This document shows positions 1-12,828 of a stretch of DNA of 64,000 bases, piece after piece. Position numbers and translations under genes: made by a program. Origin of the DNA: Octopus vulgaris. Its lineage: Eukaryota. The stretch spans positions 32,674,001 through 32,738,000 of the forward strand of contig OX597817.1 in assembly GCA_951406725.2 (NCBI GenBank), in the 5' to 3' direction. The notes under the pieces were generated by a model that saw nothing but the letters and a program-made list of their open reading frames with translations, was not told the origin of the DNA and searched no databases. The first letter of the stretch is position 1, and every line of letters starts with the position of its first letter.

Positions 1-409
1 TTTTATTTATATTTTTCTTTTCTTTTTTTTTTTTGTTTTCAAAAAGAAAAGCCCTACTTTGTAATTTGTCCCCTCTGTGTTCAGCTCTGTGTGGCTAATA
101 AAGAAACATAAATCTTTCGATATGTTTGAACCATAATTTATTGCTACTGATTGCAAATGTTTAGTTTTTTTTTCAATGTAATGCACAACTTTGGTATAGA
201 GTAGTTTGGGTGAAGCATTGGATGATATTAAATAAAAATAAAAAACTTGTTAAGGCCAAAATAATGTGAAATTTAACACGAAAGTGAAGATTGAACAACA
301 TGAAGTTATACCTTGTATTTCTTTATCAAAGAAATATGAAGAAATACAAAGTAAAACTACAGCTTTATTAGTGATATTGAAAGACAAGACATATCCATAT
401 ACACATATA

Positions 410-571
410 GGCGCATAGTGGCTGTGTGGTAAGTAACTTGCTTACCAACCACATGGTTCCAGGTTCAGTCCCACTGCATGGCACTTTGGGCAAATGTCTT
501 CTACTGTAGCCTTGGGCTGACCAAAGCCTTGTGAGTGGATTTAGTAGATGGAAACTGAAAGAAGCCTGTCG

Positions 572-634
<63 letters not shown>

Positions 635-764
635 ATGTGTTTGTATGTCTGTGTCTGTTCCCTCAACATCACTTGACAACCGATGCTGGTGTGTTTATGT
701 CCCTGTAACTTAGCGGTTCGGCAAAAGAGACTGATAGAATACGTACTAGGCTTACAAAGAATAA
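410..764 (+). mobile_element. tRNA-derived SINE family A (octopus OR/OK-type, CORE-like domain), 3'-truncated
   Basis: Head GGCGCATAGTGGCTGTGTGGTAAG with B box GGTTCAGTCCC, then CORE-like TTTGGGCAAATGTCTT and an internal (TA)n(TG)n tract; near-identical copies recur across the window. Confidence 0.9.
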
Positions 765-821
765 AATATAATGTGAATATATGTGTTGCCAGATTTGATT
801 GAATTTTTTGGTATTTAATTA

Positions 822-1223
822 CTTTTACTCTTTTACTTGTTTCAGTCATTTTGACTGCGGCCATGCTAGAGCACCGCCTTTAGTCGAGCAACTCGACCCC
901 GGGACTTATTCTTTGTAAGCCCAGTACTTATTCTATCGGTATCTTTTGCCGAACCGCTAAGTGACGGGGACATAAACGCTCCAGCATTGGTTGTCAAGCA
1001 ATGCTTGGGGGACAAACACAGACACATATACATGCACACACACACATATATATACATATATACAGCGGGCTTCTTTCAGTTTCCGTCTACCAAATCCACT
1101 CACAAGGCTTTGGTCGGCCCGAGGCTATATTAGAAGACACTTGCCCAAGGTGCCATGCAGTAGGCCTGAACCAGGAACCATGTTGTTGGTAAGCAAGCTA
1201 CTTACCACACAGCCACTCCTGCA
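822..1223 (-). mobile_element. SINE family A, full length
   Basis: Reverse complement of family A from the (GAGTAAAA)-type tail to the head (CACAGCCACTCCTGC on +). Confidence 0.92.
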
Positions 1224-3384
1224 TCTTTTTATGTTTTGACTTCAAATCATGCATTTCATCCTTCTGAGTGAATTAAATTGGTACCATGTGTTATACAAGA
1301 ATCAATCCACTTGGCTGTTTCTTCCCACATTTTCTGATTTTACGTCTATTTTACAAATCAATATTTAAGTATTTGCGTCACAGTTGTTATTTTAAAATAT
1401 TTATATTTTTTTTATTGAACAAAAAAATAATGATATATATATATATTTAGTTGCTAATTCAAACCATGATCTCCTATGGCATGACAATAATGGACTTAAT
1501 ACTTAGCTGCAATCAACCCACCCAACTTCTGATATATTCTACTTCTATTTCTGTTCAGTATATATACTGGTTGCTTGTCTAGCATATAATGGTTGCCAGG
1601 CCATTTTGCTGTCCAGTTTGTGTATAAAAATAAATATAGCTTTCACATTATTTTATAGTTAATCTACATTACCTTGTGTTGAAGTATGATGTATCTTCAA
1701 GCCTCTTTATAAGATAGTACAGAGGTAATTTTTATTTGTGGAGATTAATCAAAATGTAAAAATGATATGTTTTACATATGTATAATTATTCTACAATAAT
1801 TCTTGGGAGGATTTTGTGTATATTTTATCTGTAGAATTGTTTTTCAATTATGTTTGTTTAAACATTATATTGCAATATAAAAGTTGATTGAAAGCTAACT
1901 ATATTTTCTTTAAAAAGTACAGGAATAAATTTGAAATCAATGACTAAAATAGGTTTGTTTTGATTTTGTGGATAAATATTTATTATATTTGGTAATTAGT
2001 AAATAACTTGAATTAAAATATTATGAAAATGTTCAAAATATAATATTTTGTGTTTGAACTTATTTGAAAACTTCTATTTCTGAATAAATACTTGATGGAA
2101 TTAATATTCATATGTAGTATTTTTTACGAGAAAATCTTTATTTTCTTTTCTGTTTTCACCTTCTTAGATTTAGTAGTTATCTTTTTCTTCCTAGTATGAG
2201 ACAAATGAATATTGTTTGGCATAATTTATGTAATTGACATAAGTACCCAATCATGTTTCAACAAATTTAATTAAATTTTTAATGAAACTTGTTATAATCT
2301 CAATAACAATTAATTAAAGAATTAAAAATAGCCAGTTTATGAATATTTCAAAATACAAATTCCCTTTTCAGCGTAAGGAATGTTTGGTTGATGTTATATG
2401 TAAAGTAAGTGTGATGTATTGTGTATATTCAAATGATAGTAAAATTGCTTCTATGTTCTATAGAATTTAGTTTAATCTTTCAAAATTTAGACCGCAAAAG
2501 GGCAATGTTCATAATCCTTCCAAGCCATCTCAAACTGGTGATCTTGGTGCAGTTTGTTTAGTTTGAACTCCTGCAGGTTGGTGCCAGTATGGAAAATATT
2601 GACAGCAAATAGTTCTAGAGGTTTATGGTTATTGGGATACAGAATAGATAAAGTATCTACTTTATTTGATGGCACATAAGATGCACTTTCTTCCAAGAAC
2701 ATGTCTCCTTGGGTCCTATATATGAAGTAGCTTTAAATATTACATGCTTTAATGCACTAAAACCTCTTTTTTTTAATATATATTCCTGAATATGCACTGC
2801 TGAAATTTGGGTGTGTCTAAAATGCCTGTGTGTCTTTTATGCAATCAAATATGGTATTATGATATTTGAAGGGTGAGATGTATTAGGGATAAACATAAAA
2901 GAACAGGCAAGTATTTTGGGTGTTGTTCAGCTTGCTAATTAAAAGGGAGCAGGAATTATTTTGGTTATAAAAATATCTTAGAAGAGACAACACATCTGTA
3001 GAATAATGGTTGCAGTGTGTTGGTGAGTGAAGGATTGTTTATCAGTTAGACAGGGCCCTTATTCTGGATAGAGTCAAAAAGTTTATGTAGAAGCCGTGCT
3101 ATTTTGGATATGTGAATTGAAGTGTGAAGTGCTATACTCTTGTACATCTGTGGAAGGTCAGAAACTATTCAAATTTATAGTAATTTTTTTTTTTTGGGGG
3201 GGGTTTAGTAAATAATTTTAGCCCTTAAGATGCAGTTCTGGCAGCCTTGAAAAGTTAGAAATTATGAAATGTACTATTAGAATAGTGGAGATTTTAACTG
3301 TTTGCTATTTATATGTAGGAAAGAAAAGTAAATATGTTGCCCATTTTATGTGTGTGTGCGAATGCGCGTGCATGTGTGCTTTTT

Positions 3385-3640
3385 AAGCACCTGGCACAGG
3401 TGCTTTTTATGTGACACTGACACCTGAAAGGACAAGCCTGTATGTGTGGAAGACAGTGATTTTACTTAGTTTGATATGCCTTATCAAGTACAGCAAATTG
3501 CCAAATCTCCCGGACCCTTGTCATTTCTTCAGTGAGGCCTCGCATCTGAAGATCCTATCTCACCACTTCATCCAATGTCTTCCTGAGTTTATCCCTTCTA
3601 CAGGTGCCCTCCACAATTAGAGCTCAGCACTTCTTTACGG
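3385..3640 (-). mobile_element. RTE-clade LINE 3' fragment (family D), degenerate
   Basis: Minus-strand translation VKKC*ALIVEGTCRRDKLRKTLDEVVR*DLQMRGLTEEMTRVREIWQFAV matches the RTE ORF C-terminus also seen near 37480-37720. Confidence 0.75.
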
Positions 3641-3869
3641 TGAATGACTGAAATGTGGTTCTCATGTTTCCTAGTGGGGGTTGTTTTCAAGGTCTTGTAG
3701 AAGCATTTATGTCGATGACTGTACTAAATGTTAAGACTAAGTTAGGCATGATAGTATCTGCATAGGAGTATGTGTGATTAGAATTGCCTGTGAACAAGTC
3801 ATTGATGTTTACAAAAAAATGTATAGGTGTCATAACCAAACTTTGAAGTACCCTAAAGCTTATAGAATA

Positions 3870-4192
3870 GGAGCACTCCGTTGGTTATGACGATGAGGGT
3901 CCCAGCTGATATGATCAACGGAACAGCTTGCTCGTGAAATTAACGTGCAAGTGACTGAGCAATCCACAGACACGTGTACCACTAACGTAGTTCTCAGGGA
4001 GATTCAGCATGACACAGAGTGTGACAAGGCAGGCTCTTTGAAATACAGATACTACTCATTTTTGCTAGCTGAGTGAACTGGAGCAACGGGAAATAAAGTG
4101 TCTTGCTCAAGGACACAATGCGTCGCTGGGAATTGAACTCACGATCGTAAGGTCGTGAACCAAATGCCCTAACCACTAAGCCACGTGCCTCC
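3870..4192 (-). mobile_element. tRNA-derived SINE family B
   Basis: A/B-box head on the minus strand and CORE-like GTGTCCTTGAGCAAGACAC; perfect 15-bp TSD AAAGCTTATAGAATA at 3855-3869 and 4193-4207. Confidence 0.92.
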
Positions 4193-5049
4193 AAAGCTTA
4201 TAGAATAAAGACCAGAGAGAGGCATGTTACCATTCTGTAATGGAATAGTCTGGAGAGAACTTTCAACCTAAGTAATGAAGGATGGGCGAAGACCTTGCTC
4301 ATGTCATAGGCAATACAATTGGTTTTGCTAGTTTTTGGTGGAGTGGTGCTGGTGTGTCACTGGTATATCTAGTTCTATGGAAACTACTACTACTAGTTAT
4401 TGAACAGGAAAACATAGGGTCATTTACAAATAACTCTACCACTTTTGAGATGTGTTTCATTCATTCAATCATTTTATGAACTCTTGTGATTCATAAACCT
4501 CAGGCTGATGTTAGATTCTTAACAGACAAGGGTTAAGTCTCTTTTGGTTAGAAGATAAGAGTCTGTTTCATATTTTCCAGTTCCTTAAGTTCAGGCATGT
4601 GGATTATTAAGTTCATGTCAAAATACTGACAGCAGTGAAAGCTGGGACTCCAATACTTTTCCCTGCATACCATTTTGTGTCAGAGTCTGACAAAAATCAA
4701 AATGACATGAATCATTTATAACAGTGGTTATCTTATATCAGGTTTTTTATGTATTTGAGAACCATTCTGTGTGTGTGTGTGTGTGAGAGAGAGCAAGAGA
4801 GAGAGAGAGAGAGAGAGAGAGCAAGCAAGCAAGCAAGAGAGTGAGTTAAAATTCACAGATATTAATTTTACCAACCATAAAATTCAACCAAATTGTTAAA
4901 TGTACTTATATGTTCCTCTATTATTCTTACCTTTTCTATTTTGTGAGCCTTCAAACATTTTGTAGATAATCCTTCTTTTTTAAAAAAAAAAAAAATGGAA
5001 TAGACAATATAAAACCAGATAGAAAAGGAGACATGGAGAAGAACAGATA

Positions 5050-5092
5050 GTCGGTGAAGAGGTCACAGATTGTATACCGAAAGAACTCTGAC
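5050..5092 (+). ncRNA. Minimal type I hammerhead ribozyme-like motif (variant core)
   Basis: GTCG-GTGAAGA-GGTcACAgatTGTatACC-GAAA-GAAC-TC-TGAC: stem I GTCG/TGAC, paired stem II, 1-bp stem III with a 4-nt loop; C3 is replaced by G. Confidence 0.55.
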
Positions 5093-5527
5093 AAATAAAC
5101 TAATAAAAATAATAAAGCTAAAGTGACGATCCCCAAATATAACAATATTTATACCAGTACATGATTTCAAATCAAGAATCTTGCAAACCAAATACATAAA
5201 CATAATCTATAAAACTGTGTGTGTACGTACGTGCGCACATGTCTGAATATTATATAATGTTTATAAATTTTCTTACCAATGCACAAATGTAAAGTGTTTT
5301 TTATGTATTTATTAAACTAGAAGCAACTGGTTTAACTTGCAAAATATTCCTCCAGTATTTAAATAACCTTGTTAGTTGAGGTGAGAAAACAAAATAGTTC
5401 TTTAGGCTAAAATGGTGTTTCTTTCCTATGCTAAACTAGAATTTAGAATATCATTTAGTCTCTAAGAAGGTTAGCGGTCAGTTTTCTATGTGCTACTTTC
5501 TTTATATTATATTATACTATGTTTATA

Positions 5528-5700
5528 AGGTGAGCTGACAGAATTGTTAGCATGCTTAGCAAAATGCTTAGCAGTATTTCATCCATCTTTATGTTCTCTG
5601 AATTCAAATTCCTCCAAAGTCTACTTTGCCTTTCATCTTTTTGGTGTCAATAAAATAAGCACCAGTTGAGCACTAGGGGTTGATGTAGTTGATTTAACTG
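5528..5700 (+). mobile_element. SINE family E (Meta-domain-like), older copy
   Basis: GGTGAGCTGACAGAA head and TTTGCCTTTCATC core shared with copies at 9714, 15782 and 44500. Confidence 0.8.
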
Positions 5701-5954
5701 TTCCTGAGTATGAATATAAAAACTACATCCTTCTACCAAGCCATGTCAAACCAGTGTGGCAGAGTAGGCTCATGAGACCAATATGATCTCAAGCCATTCT
5801 TTGGTTGAGAGAACATCCTAAGTCATTTGTTCTGCAGTGAACTGAACACAAGCAATCCAATCGAATATGTGTCCATTGAAGCAGTACCATAGCTAACGAG
5901 GTAGGTCTAAAGCACAGTTGATCCTATTTCAATACATGCACACTTACATATATA

Positions 5955-6162
5955 CAGGGTGTCCCAGAAGTCGTGCACCAACCTGGTTTTTTAAAAGAAT
6001 ACACCCTTACTGATTTCAAAAACATGTTATTGAAATTAATCATGACAAATGCTCAAATTGAGCACCCTCTACAATAAAACATGCCGAAAAATATAATAAA
6101 ATAAAATGCTTTAATTATTTTAAATGAAAACCAGAATGGTGCGCAACTTCTGGGACACCCTG
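5955..6162. mobile_element. Tc1/mariner-type MITE
   Basis: 26-bp TIRs CAGGGTGTCCCAGAAGTCGTGCACCA / TGGTGCGCAACTTCTGGGACACCCTG (2 mismatches) flanked by TA on both sides. Confidence 0.93.
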
Positions 6163-6380
6163 TAGTTATGTGTATATATGTTATGTTAACATATATATTC
6201 ACCAGTTTTGTTGACATTTGAGATGCTGAATGAAATATAGTATTTTTAAAATTTAGATATAGCCATCATACATTACAATCAATTCTACCATTAGAAATTA
6301 CATACATTGTTGATGATGATGAAGCCAGTGATGGAGCTTCTGTATAGTCATTCAACCTGCCTCAGAATAGCAGGCATGTT

Positions 6381-6764
6381 CATTATTTACATTATTTATA
6401 TTATTTACATTTGACTGATATTTGTCCTCGTCTTCTTTGTTGTTAACACAATGTTTCGGCTGATGTACCCTCCAGCCTTCTTCAGGTGTCTTGGGGAAAT
6501 TTCGAACCTGGGTTCACATTCATAAGGTATTCTTCGATGTTATTATTATTATTATTATTATTGTTATTATTCAGGTCACTGCTTGGAATCGAACTCGGAA
6601 TCTTTGGGTTAGTAGCCTGCACTCTTAACCACTACGCCTTATGCCCGTGGGCAATTACGGAAGGAAACGTTGTGTTAACAACAAACAAGATGAGGACAAA
6701 TATCTGTCGAATGTAAATAATGTAAATAATGTACATAATTTCTCATCTCTTAAATATAGGACTG
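6381..6764 (-). mobile_element. tRNA-headed, hammerhead-containing retroelement with an inverted partial copy (retrozyme- or Penelope-like)
   Basis: 13-bp TSD TAGCAGGCATGTT (6368-6380, 6765-6777); A box (6629-6639) and B box (6585-6596) on minus; hammerhead at 6445-6490; 6381-6457 is an inverted repeat of 6664-6739. Confidence 0.85.
6445..6490 (-). ncRNA. Minimal type I hammerhead ribozyme motif
   Basis: Minus strand GACAC-CTGAAGA-A-GGCTG(gagggtacat)CAGCC-GAAA-CA-TT-GTGTT: 5-bp stem II, stem I GACAC/GTGTT; the inverted copy at 6664 has the palindromic GAAACGTT version. Confidence 0.75.
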
Positions 6765-7650
6765 TAGCAGGCATGTTGCCCTAAAATCATACAATACTTT
6801 GTTAAAAATGTAGCGATGCACTGGAAAATGTAGTCCAAAATGAACAAAAATCAAGATGATCGTGACTTGAATATTTCTGATTGTAAGTTTTCTCAATCAG
6901 AGCTGTCTTGGGGCTAAACAACAACTACAAAAACAGAGATCGTAAGATTTGTCATGAACCGGTGGTTAAATTTTAATATTAAACTGTTGCAGCATGAAGC
7001 TAAAATTATTGAAGATTACAGCAGTTTTTAGTCTGTTGTGAATAACTTGGATTGACAGCTGTCTGGGTTTTGCTATCTTAAGCTAACAAGTATACTTTCT
7101 TGATCATCATTTATGAATCCTAAATGTTAACAGAAGTGTTGTTTGAAAGTAGCCTGGCATGTTTGACAAGCTGAAATCAGTTTTTGGTTGATAGAAATAA
7201 GTTTTTCTTTTAATTATTTATTTACTTTTTAATCCACCATGCCATGACTTAGCAGAGATAATTTTCTGATGAGTGATCTATGAGTAATAAGTAATTGCTT
7301 TAAAAGGTAAGAGAAAGAACGAAAGAGAGAGAGAGCAAGAGAGAGAGAGAGAAATTTTATAAATATTCACTGAGTAACTACTGATTTCTACTGACAGGAG
7401 GTGTAAAAGAAACTTAAGTTCTTTGGTCATCCCTGATTATTTCTTATAGGTTAGGTCTTTATGACTGGCAGGAGTAAATTTAATACTTAAAGATCCTGAG
7501 TCTATAAATTCAGATTGCCTGTCTGTTTTATTTTCGATTTAGATTTTTACTGGTTTCAAACATTGGACTGCAGCCATGCTAAGGCACGATCTTGAAAGGT
7601 TTAGTTCAGAGGATCTCAACCATCTTTTATCTATGGATCCCTTTGATTAC

Positions 7651-7870
7651 AGTTTTATTTCTTTATTGCCCACAAGAGGCTAAACATAGAGGGGACAAAC
7701 AAGGACAGACAAAGGGATTAAGTCGATTATATCGACTCCAGTGCATAACTGGTACTTAATTTATGAAAGGCAAAGTTGACCTTGGTGGAATTTGAACTCA
7801 GAATGTAAAGACAGATGACGTACCTCTAAGCATTTCGCCCGGCATGCTAACATTTCTGCCAGCTTGCCGC
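7651..7870 (-). mobile_element. SINE family E (internal deletion)
   Basis: Matches family E; TSD CTTTGATTAC at 7641-7650 and 7871-7880. Confidence 0.88.
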
Positions 7871-9049
7871 CTTTGATTACTGCTTTATGCTGGTAGACCA
7901 CCATAGACATTTGATGTTTAAAAAAAGTTTTATAGAAACTTCTTTCAAGATCCCTATTATGTTTTTCACACATTAACTTGTGTAGGTTGAACTATATAAA
8001 GCATTAGAGAAAGAAACCTGTTTCCTGTAATACATACCAATACACACATCTGAAGCAAAATTTTTTCAGGGGCCCTTAAAATACTATTGTGGATCTCCAA
8101 TTTGCTATTTTGTTGTGTGGACCCTCAGGTACTTATTCTGTTGGTCTCAGTTTCTCAAACACTGAGTAACTAAAAACGAAAGATCGCTTGATCATGGAAG
8201 GGACAGAGTTTATTACTACAGCATGCTACTATAAAAGAACAAAAAAAAACTTACTCCTAAATATCCAGATTTGGGATTGGTTTTCATTTAGTAGAAGACT
8301 TGTAGGGGTTTGAAGCATGCTGGAGCAACAACCTGTAACCCTTCCATGGCCAAGTTATCTTTCACTTTTAATATCTTGATTTCATTATGTCTGTTGGTGT
8401 GACCTGTGTGAAACCTGTTGGTGTACTGTGTTGCTTTGTTTGTTGTCCTTGTTAGTGGAGAGTTTGTGCAGTCAGGACAGGCATAGTCTGTGGGGATCTA
8501 GTATATTGTTCATACATCATTGTCATTTCTGTTACTCATCTGCAGTATATCTTATTTCTTTAAGTATGCTTTGTGCATTGTTTTGCTTTATTTACTGTTT
8601 TCTGTATGTTGTGGAGAAGTTGTATGTACCTCTTTGTATTTTTATCCTTTGTTGTGTATGTGTGTGTGTGATATATTGTGAAATGTATGAGTTGGTTGTA
8701 TTTGATGTTTTGCGGCCTGGCTGGTGAGAAAGGAGACTGGATTTGTTAGGTCCTACTTCAAAATCTATTGTAAAGTTGAATTTCTTGATGATTTATTTAG
8801 GGTTAGAGTAGTTGTGCAGCAGTGTCTGGAGAGGAAAAAAGTGTGTGATGTTGTCTGTATGTTTGGTAGAAATGTGGGGATAAGTCATGTCTGGATAAGT
8901 TGAAAAGTACGAGAAGAAAGGACTGATTTCTATGGTACTTCACTTAGGAAAATACATGTTTTGGAAGTGTTGTTTCTGTCCATTACATTGGCTTCATAGC
9001 CAAGTGGTAGTCTGCTAGCAAGTATTTTGTGTTGTTCCTTACGATTCAT

Positions 9050-9254
9050 CCATCTAGTTATCTTCTCTGCTCACTATTCTTGGGAGGATCATGTGGGTAG
9101 TCCTCAGGCTCTTCTTCCATAGTATCCTATCAGAAGCAACCATCTTGGTTAAACTCTGAAGTATGATCAAATGAGAGTGGATATTATCCAGCTGTCTTAT
9201 TCTTGGTCTACTTCTTGGGCCTCCTGATGCTTGGTTCACCTCGAAGACTCTGTC
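9050..9254 (-). mobile_element. Degenerate RTE-like LINE 3' fragment
   Basis: Translation GGPRSRPRIRQLDNI...MVASDRILWKK resembles the RTE C-terminal GRPRxRWxDxI...AxDRxxW motif. Confidence 0.5.
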
Positions 9255-9258
9255 TTAA

Positions 9259-9566
9259 CCCCTTACCCGGCAGAAACGAATATATTCGTTTTGACCGAAA
9301 TCGTTTTTTTCTATCTCTGGCGAGTTAACTTGTCAAAAGATAGACTCACCAAAATCGACAGCAAACGAGTTCCTTCGTCTAAAAACGGGTTAACTCGTTT
9401 CTGCCCAAAGCGGTAATTTAAAATCAATATTATTGAATTAAAATTCATAATAAATAAGGTTTGAAATATACCTCGAAATCACCATTCAGAACGTAGTAAA
9501 ATAAAACAATTAAAAAATATGTCTGAAAAAATACATTTATTTTCAAAATAATTGTTGGGTAAGGGG
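9259..9566. mobile_element. piggyBac-type MITE (family P3)
   Basis: TIR CCCCTTACCC / GGGTAAGGGG with TTAA immediately on both sides. Confidence 0.9.
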
Positions 9567-9713
9567 TTAAGATGATATTGAATATTTTTAGTATGAGTAG
9601 AAAACAGGAAATATAGCTGAATGCTTTGCTAATGTTGACTCTAGTTAGAATGGTGCATTTTAGAATTTTTTTTGTTGTTGAAGCCATCCTATATTTTCTT
9701 TGCCAGGTTTGTG

Positions 9714-9892
9714 GGCGAGCTGGCAGAAACATTAGCACACCGGGCGCAATGCTTAGTGGTATTTTGTCTGCCGTTAAGTTCTGAGTTCAAATTCCGCCGA
9801 GGTCGACTTTGTCTTTCATCCTTTCGGGGTCGATAAATTAAGTACCAGTTACGCACTGGTGTGGATATAATTGACTTAACCTGTCCTCTCTA
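9714..9892 (+). mobile_element. SINE family E followed by (GAT)n
   Basis: GGCGAGCTGGCAGAA head, GAGTTCAAATTCC B box, Meta-like CTTTCATCCTTTCGGGGTCGATAAA. Confidence 0.88.
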
Positions 9893-9897
9893 TGATA

Positions 9898-9928
<31 letters not shown>

Positions 9929-10348
9929 GTGTTGTATTGCAGAATTTTTGTTTTGTTTTTCTTTCTGATCTATAGTCTTCAGTGTTAATTTAATACTGAA
10001 TATAATATGCATATTTAACTACTTTTGAATATGATAGGGAAGAAGATTTAGCTTCAATTTCTGTTATGTTGAGCTTCCTTGAATAACTTGTTAAGTTTTT
10101 TGACAGTGTTATTAGTGACAGAGAAAGAATTTCAGAATTTAGTTAGGTGGCTCAGCAATATGAAGTTCAATAATGTCTGAAATAACCTACAATAAAAGAT
10201 GCTTTTATCTATTTAGAAGTCTCTGGGTAATTACCTTTTAATTTACTGTATATGTCTTCTTTTCATTTTTATTTCTTTGTGTTCTTGTTTGCTGAAACTA
10301 TGAAGCAAAAATCCATCAGCTCTTGTCAAGATTCAAAAAGTCCAGATA

Positions 10349-10395
10349 CTTCTGGCTGATGAGCTACGACAGATTGAAACACCAGTGTTGTAGAA
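10349..10395 (+). ncRNA. Degenerate hammerhead-like motif
   Basis: TTCTGG-CTGATGA-(13 nt, weak stem II)-GAAAC-ACCAGT-GTT-GTAGAA; near-palindromic stem III, imperfect stem I. Confidence 0.4.
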
Positions 10396-10654
10396 TCCCT
10401 TGCACCAATTGCACAACTACGATTAATATATTTGCATTAAAATCTGCCAAAACATATTTAGAACAAACATGCAACTCATTGTTTCAGATCTCAATGTTAA
10501 CAGTACAAACAACTACTTAATGTTCTTAGATTTCTTTGTACAGTTTAAAATTATATTGATTAAGCAAATTATAAATATTTGTTAAATTTGATAAATCTGT
10601 ATATTGATATAATTTAAATATGTGATTTATGATTTCTAATTTTGAAGGCATACT

Positions 10655-11034
10655 CTCTTTTACTCTCTTCAGTCATTTGACTGCGGCCATGCTTCGAATA
10701 AATCGACCCCAGGACTTATTATTTGTAAGCCTAGTACTTATTCTATCAGTCTCTTTTGCTGAACCGCTAAGTTACGGGGACGTAAACACACCAGCATCGG
10801 TTGTCAAGCAATGGTGGGGGGACAAACACGGACACACAAACATATACACACATACATATATATACATATATTTGATGGGCTTCTTCCAGTTTCTGTCTAC
10901 CAAATCCACTCACAAGGCTTTGGTCGGCCTGAGGCTATAGTAGAAGACACCTGTCCAAGGTGCCACATAGTGGGAATGAACCCGGAACCATGTGGTTGGT
11001 AAGCAAGCTACTTACCACACAGCCACTCCTGCGC
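10655..11034 (-). mobile_element. SINE family A
   Basis: High similarity to 822-1223. Confidence 0.92.
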
Positions 11035-11654
11035 ATGTTGTATAAATTTAAATTGTGAAGTCTTGTTTAAATCTTTTTCTTTTGGATATACATTTTTCTT
11101 CAGACAGAGCAAAAATATTAATTATTTATTAAATTAAATAACTCTGTCTTTGACAGCTTCTGAAATGAGTTTAAAAAATACTAAAAGATTACACTGCTAT
11201 TGTTACTATTATCTGTCTATATTTGTATCATTCTACCTTAGAAAGTTTATTAGATTATACTTAAGCATTAAGTAGCAGACTTTATAGTGCTCAATAGAAG
11301 GATATTACTGAAAGCTAATGGCTTCTCAAAATTGTTTTGACTTTTTCTATGGTAAAAAAGTCAGGGGAAACAGGATATTTGTGTTGGCAAAAAATATACA
11401 GTGACGTTTGTGAGTTTGGTTAAGTTTGTATGATGTGGTGAGAAAAAGAATCTAATCTTTCAGAACGGATCCTTTACCCGGATGGGTGGTGGGAAAAAGG
11501 AGAAAAATTAAATTTCAGTTACATAACCGGGATTTAATATGACAAAAGGAAAAAAAAAACCCCACAAAAAAAACAAACATCCTCCTTATTATTGGAATTT
11601 CTTTCTGAAACATTTCAGAAAAAATAGAAATTTTTTATGGTGTACAATGTAATA

Positions 11655-11677
11655 CATACATGTCCATGCACGCATGT

Positions 11678-11719
<42 letters not shown>

Positions 11720-12115
11720 TCTCTCTCTCACTCACACTCTCACAACCCATGGCCAGCAGGGAGCACGGATGTTAAATGGTTGTGATATGCACAAATGCAT
11801 AAACATACTCATGCATATGCATGCATGTGTTTACATATGTATATATATACACACACACACACACACATATACTCATATACATCTACACACAAACACATAC
11901 ACATATACATCTACACACAAACACATGTATACACACACAAACACATACATATACACATACACACAAACGTACATACACACACAAACACACATATACACAA
12001 ACACATGTATAAACATACTTATACACACTTATACATAAGCAAACTCATATATACACATTTATATATACACAGACATTCATACACCCACACACACTCTTGC
12101 ATGCACATAAACATA
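11655..12115. repeat. Compound CA/TA-rich low-complexity tract
   Basis: (CA)n, (CT)n and degenerate ACACAT units; source of the spurious His/Thr/Tyr ORFs. Confidence 0.95.
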
Positions 12116-12775
12116 CTGATAGATCCATTGGCTCGCATTAAATCCCTAAATGATAACTGGTTTGCCTTGTCCAAATTTATTATTAGAGCATGGAAGCATA
12201 ATTTCTAATAGTAAATTCTGCAAATATTTAAGAAAATGATGTAATTAAGTGAATCGAATCATTACATTATCCCACTTTCTGGCCTTTGAGAAATAAAAGG
12301 AAGGTCAACCCTAACAAATTTTGAACTTGGAATGTTTAAGTAGAAAGAAAAAAAAAAAACTAAATTCTTCAGGGTAACTTGTCCTGTGCATTACCATTTC
12401 TGTTATTCCACTGTTCCAAATTCTCCAAGAGTCTTGATGACATAAGTCTGATATTATAAAAAAAAAAGTATATATTAAGACCAAAAATCTTATTAAGGAT
12501 TTCATTATATATTCTTATATTCTTAATTGCTCGTAAATTTCACCCAAGACAGTATTAAAACCAAATAATATTTCTGTAATATAGTATATTCACTTAAAAA
12601 AAAAATCATTTTTAAATTAATAGGCCAAACCAACACAGCAAATCTGGATTTAATTTGACAAAAAAATTTCCAAATTTTTTTCTTTCTTTCTTTCTTAAGG
12701 AATGTTTGTCTGAGACATTGAAAGAAATGTTCATAACACTATGCAATGTAATACATACTGATATATGTGTGTGTT

Positions 12776-12828
<53 letters not shown>

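Noticed and set aside
368-1239. Recurrent ORFs such as SFSFRLPNPLTRLWSARGYSRRHLPKV (also at 27297, 28073, 41853, 54862)
   Set aside because: Translations of the SINE A antisense strand, not a gene family.
2780-2856. Possible right end of a pogo-like MITE (AAATATGGTA)
   Set aside because: No matching left TIR found; too decayed to call.
6572-6650. Possible tRNA genes here and at other SINE heads
   Set aside because: A/B boxes are present but acceptor stems do not pair, and each continues into a repeat body.
11637-12208. His/Thr/Tyr-rich ORFs of 130+ aa
   Set aside because: Products of CA/TA microsatellite that lacks stop codons.
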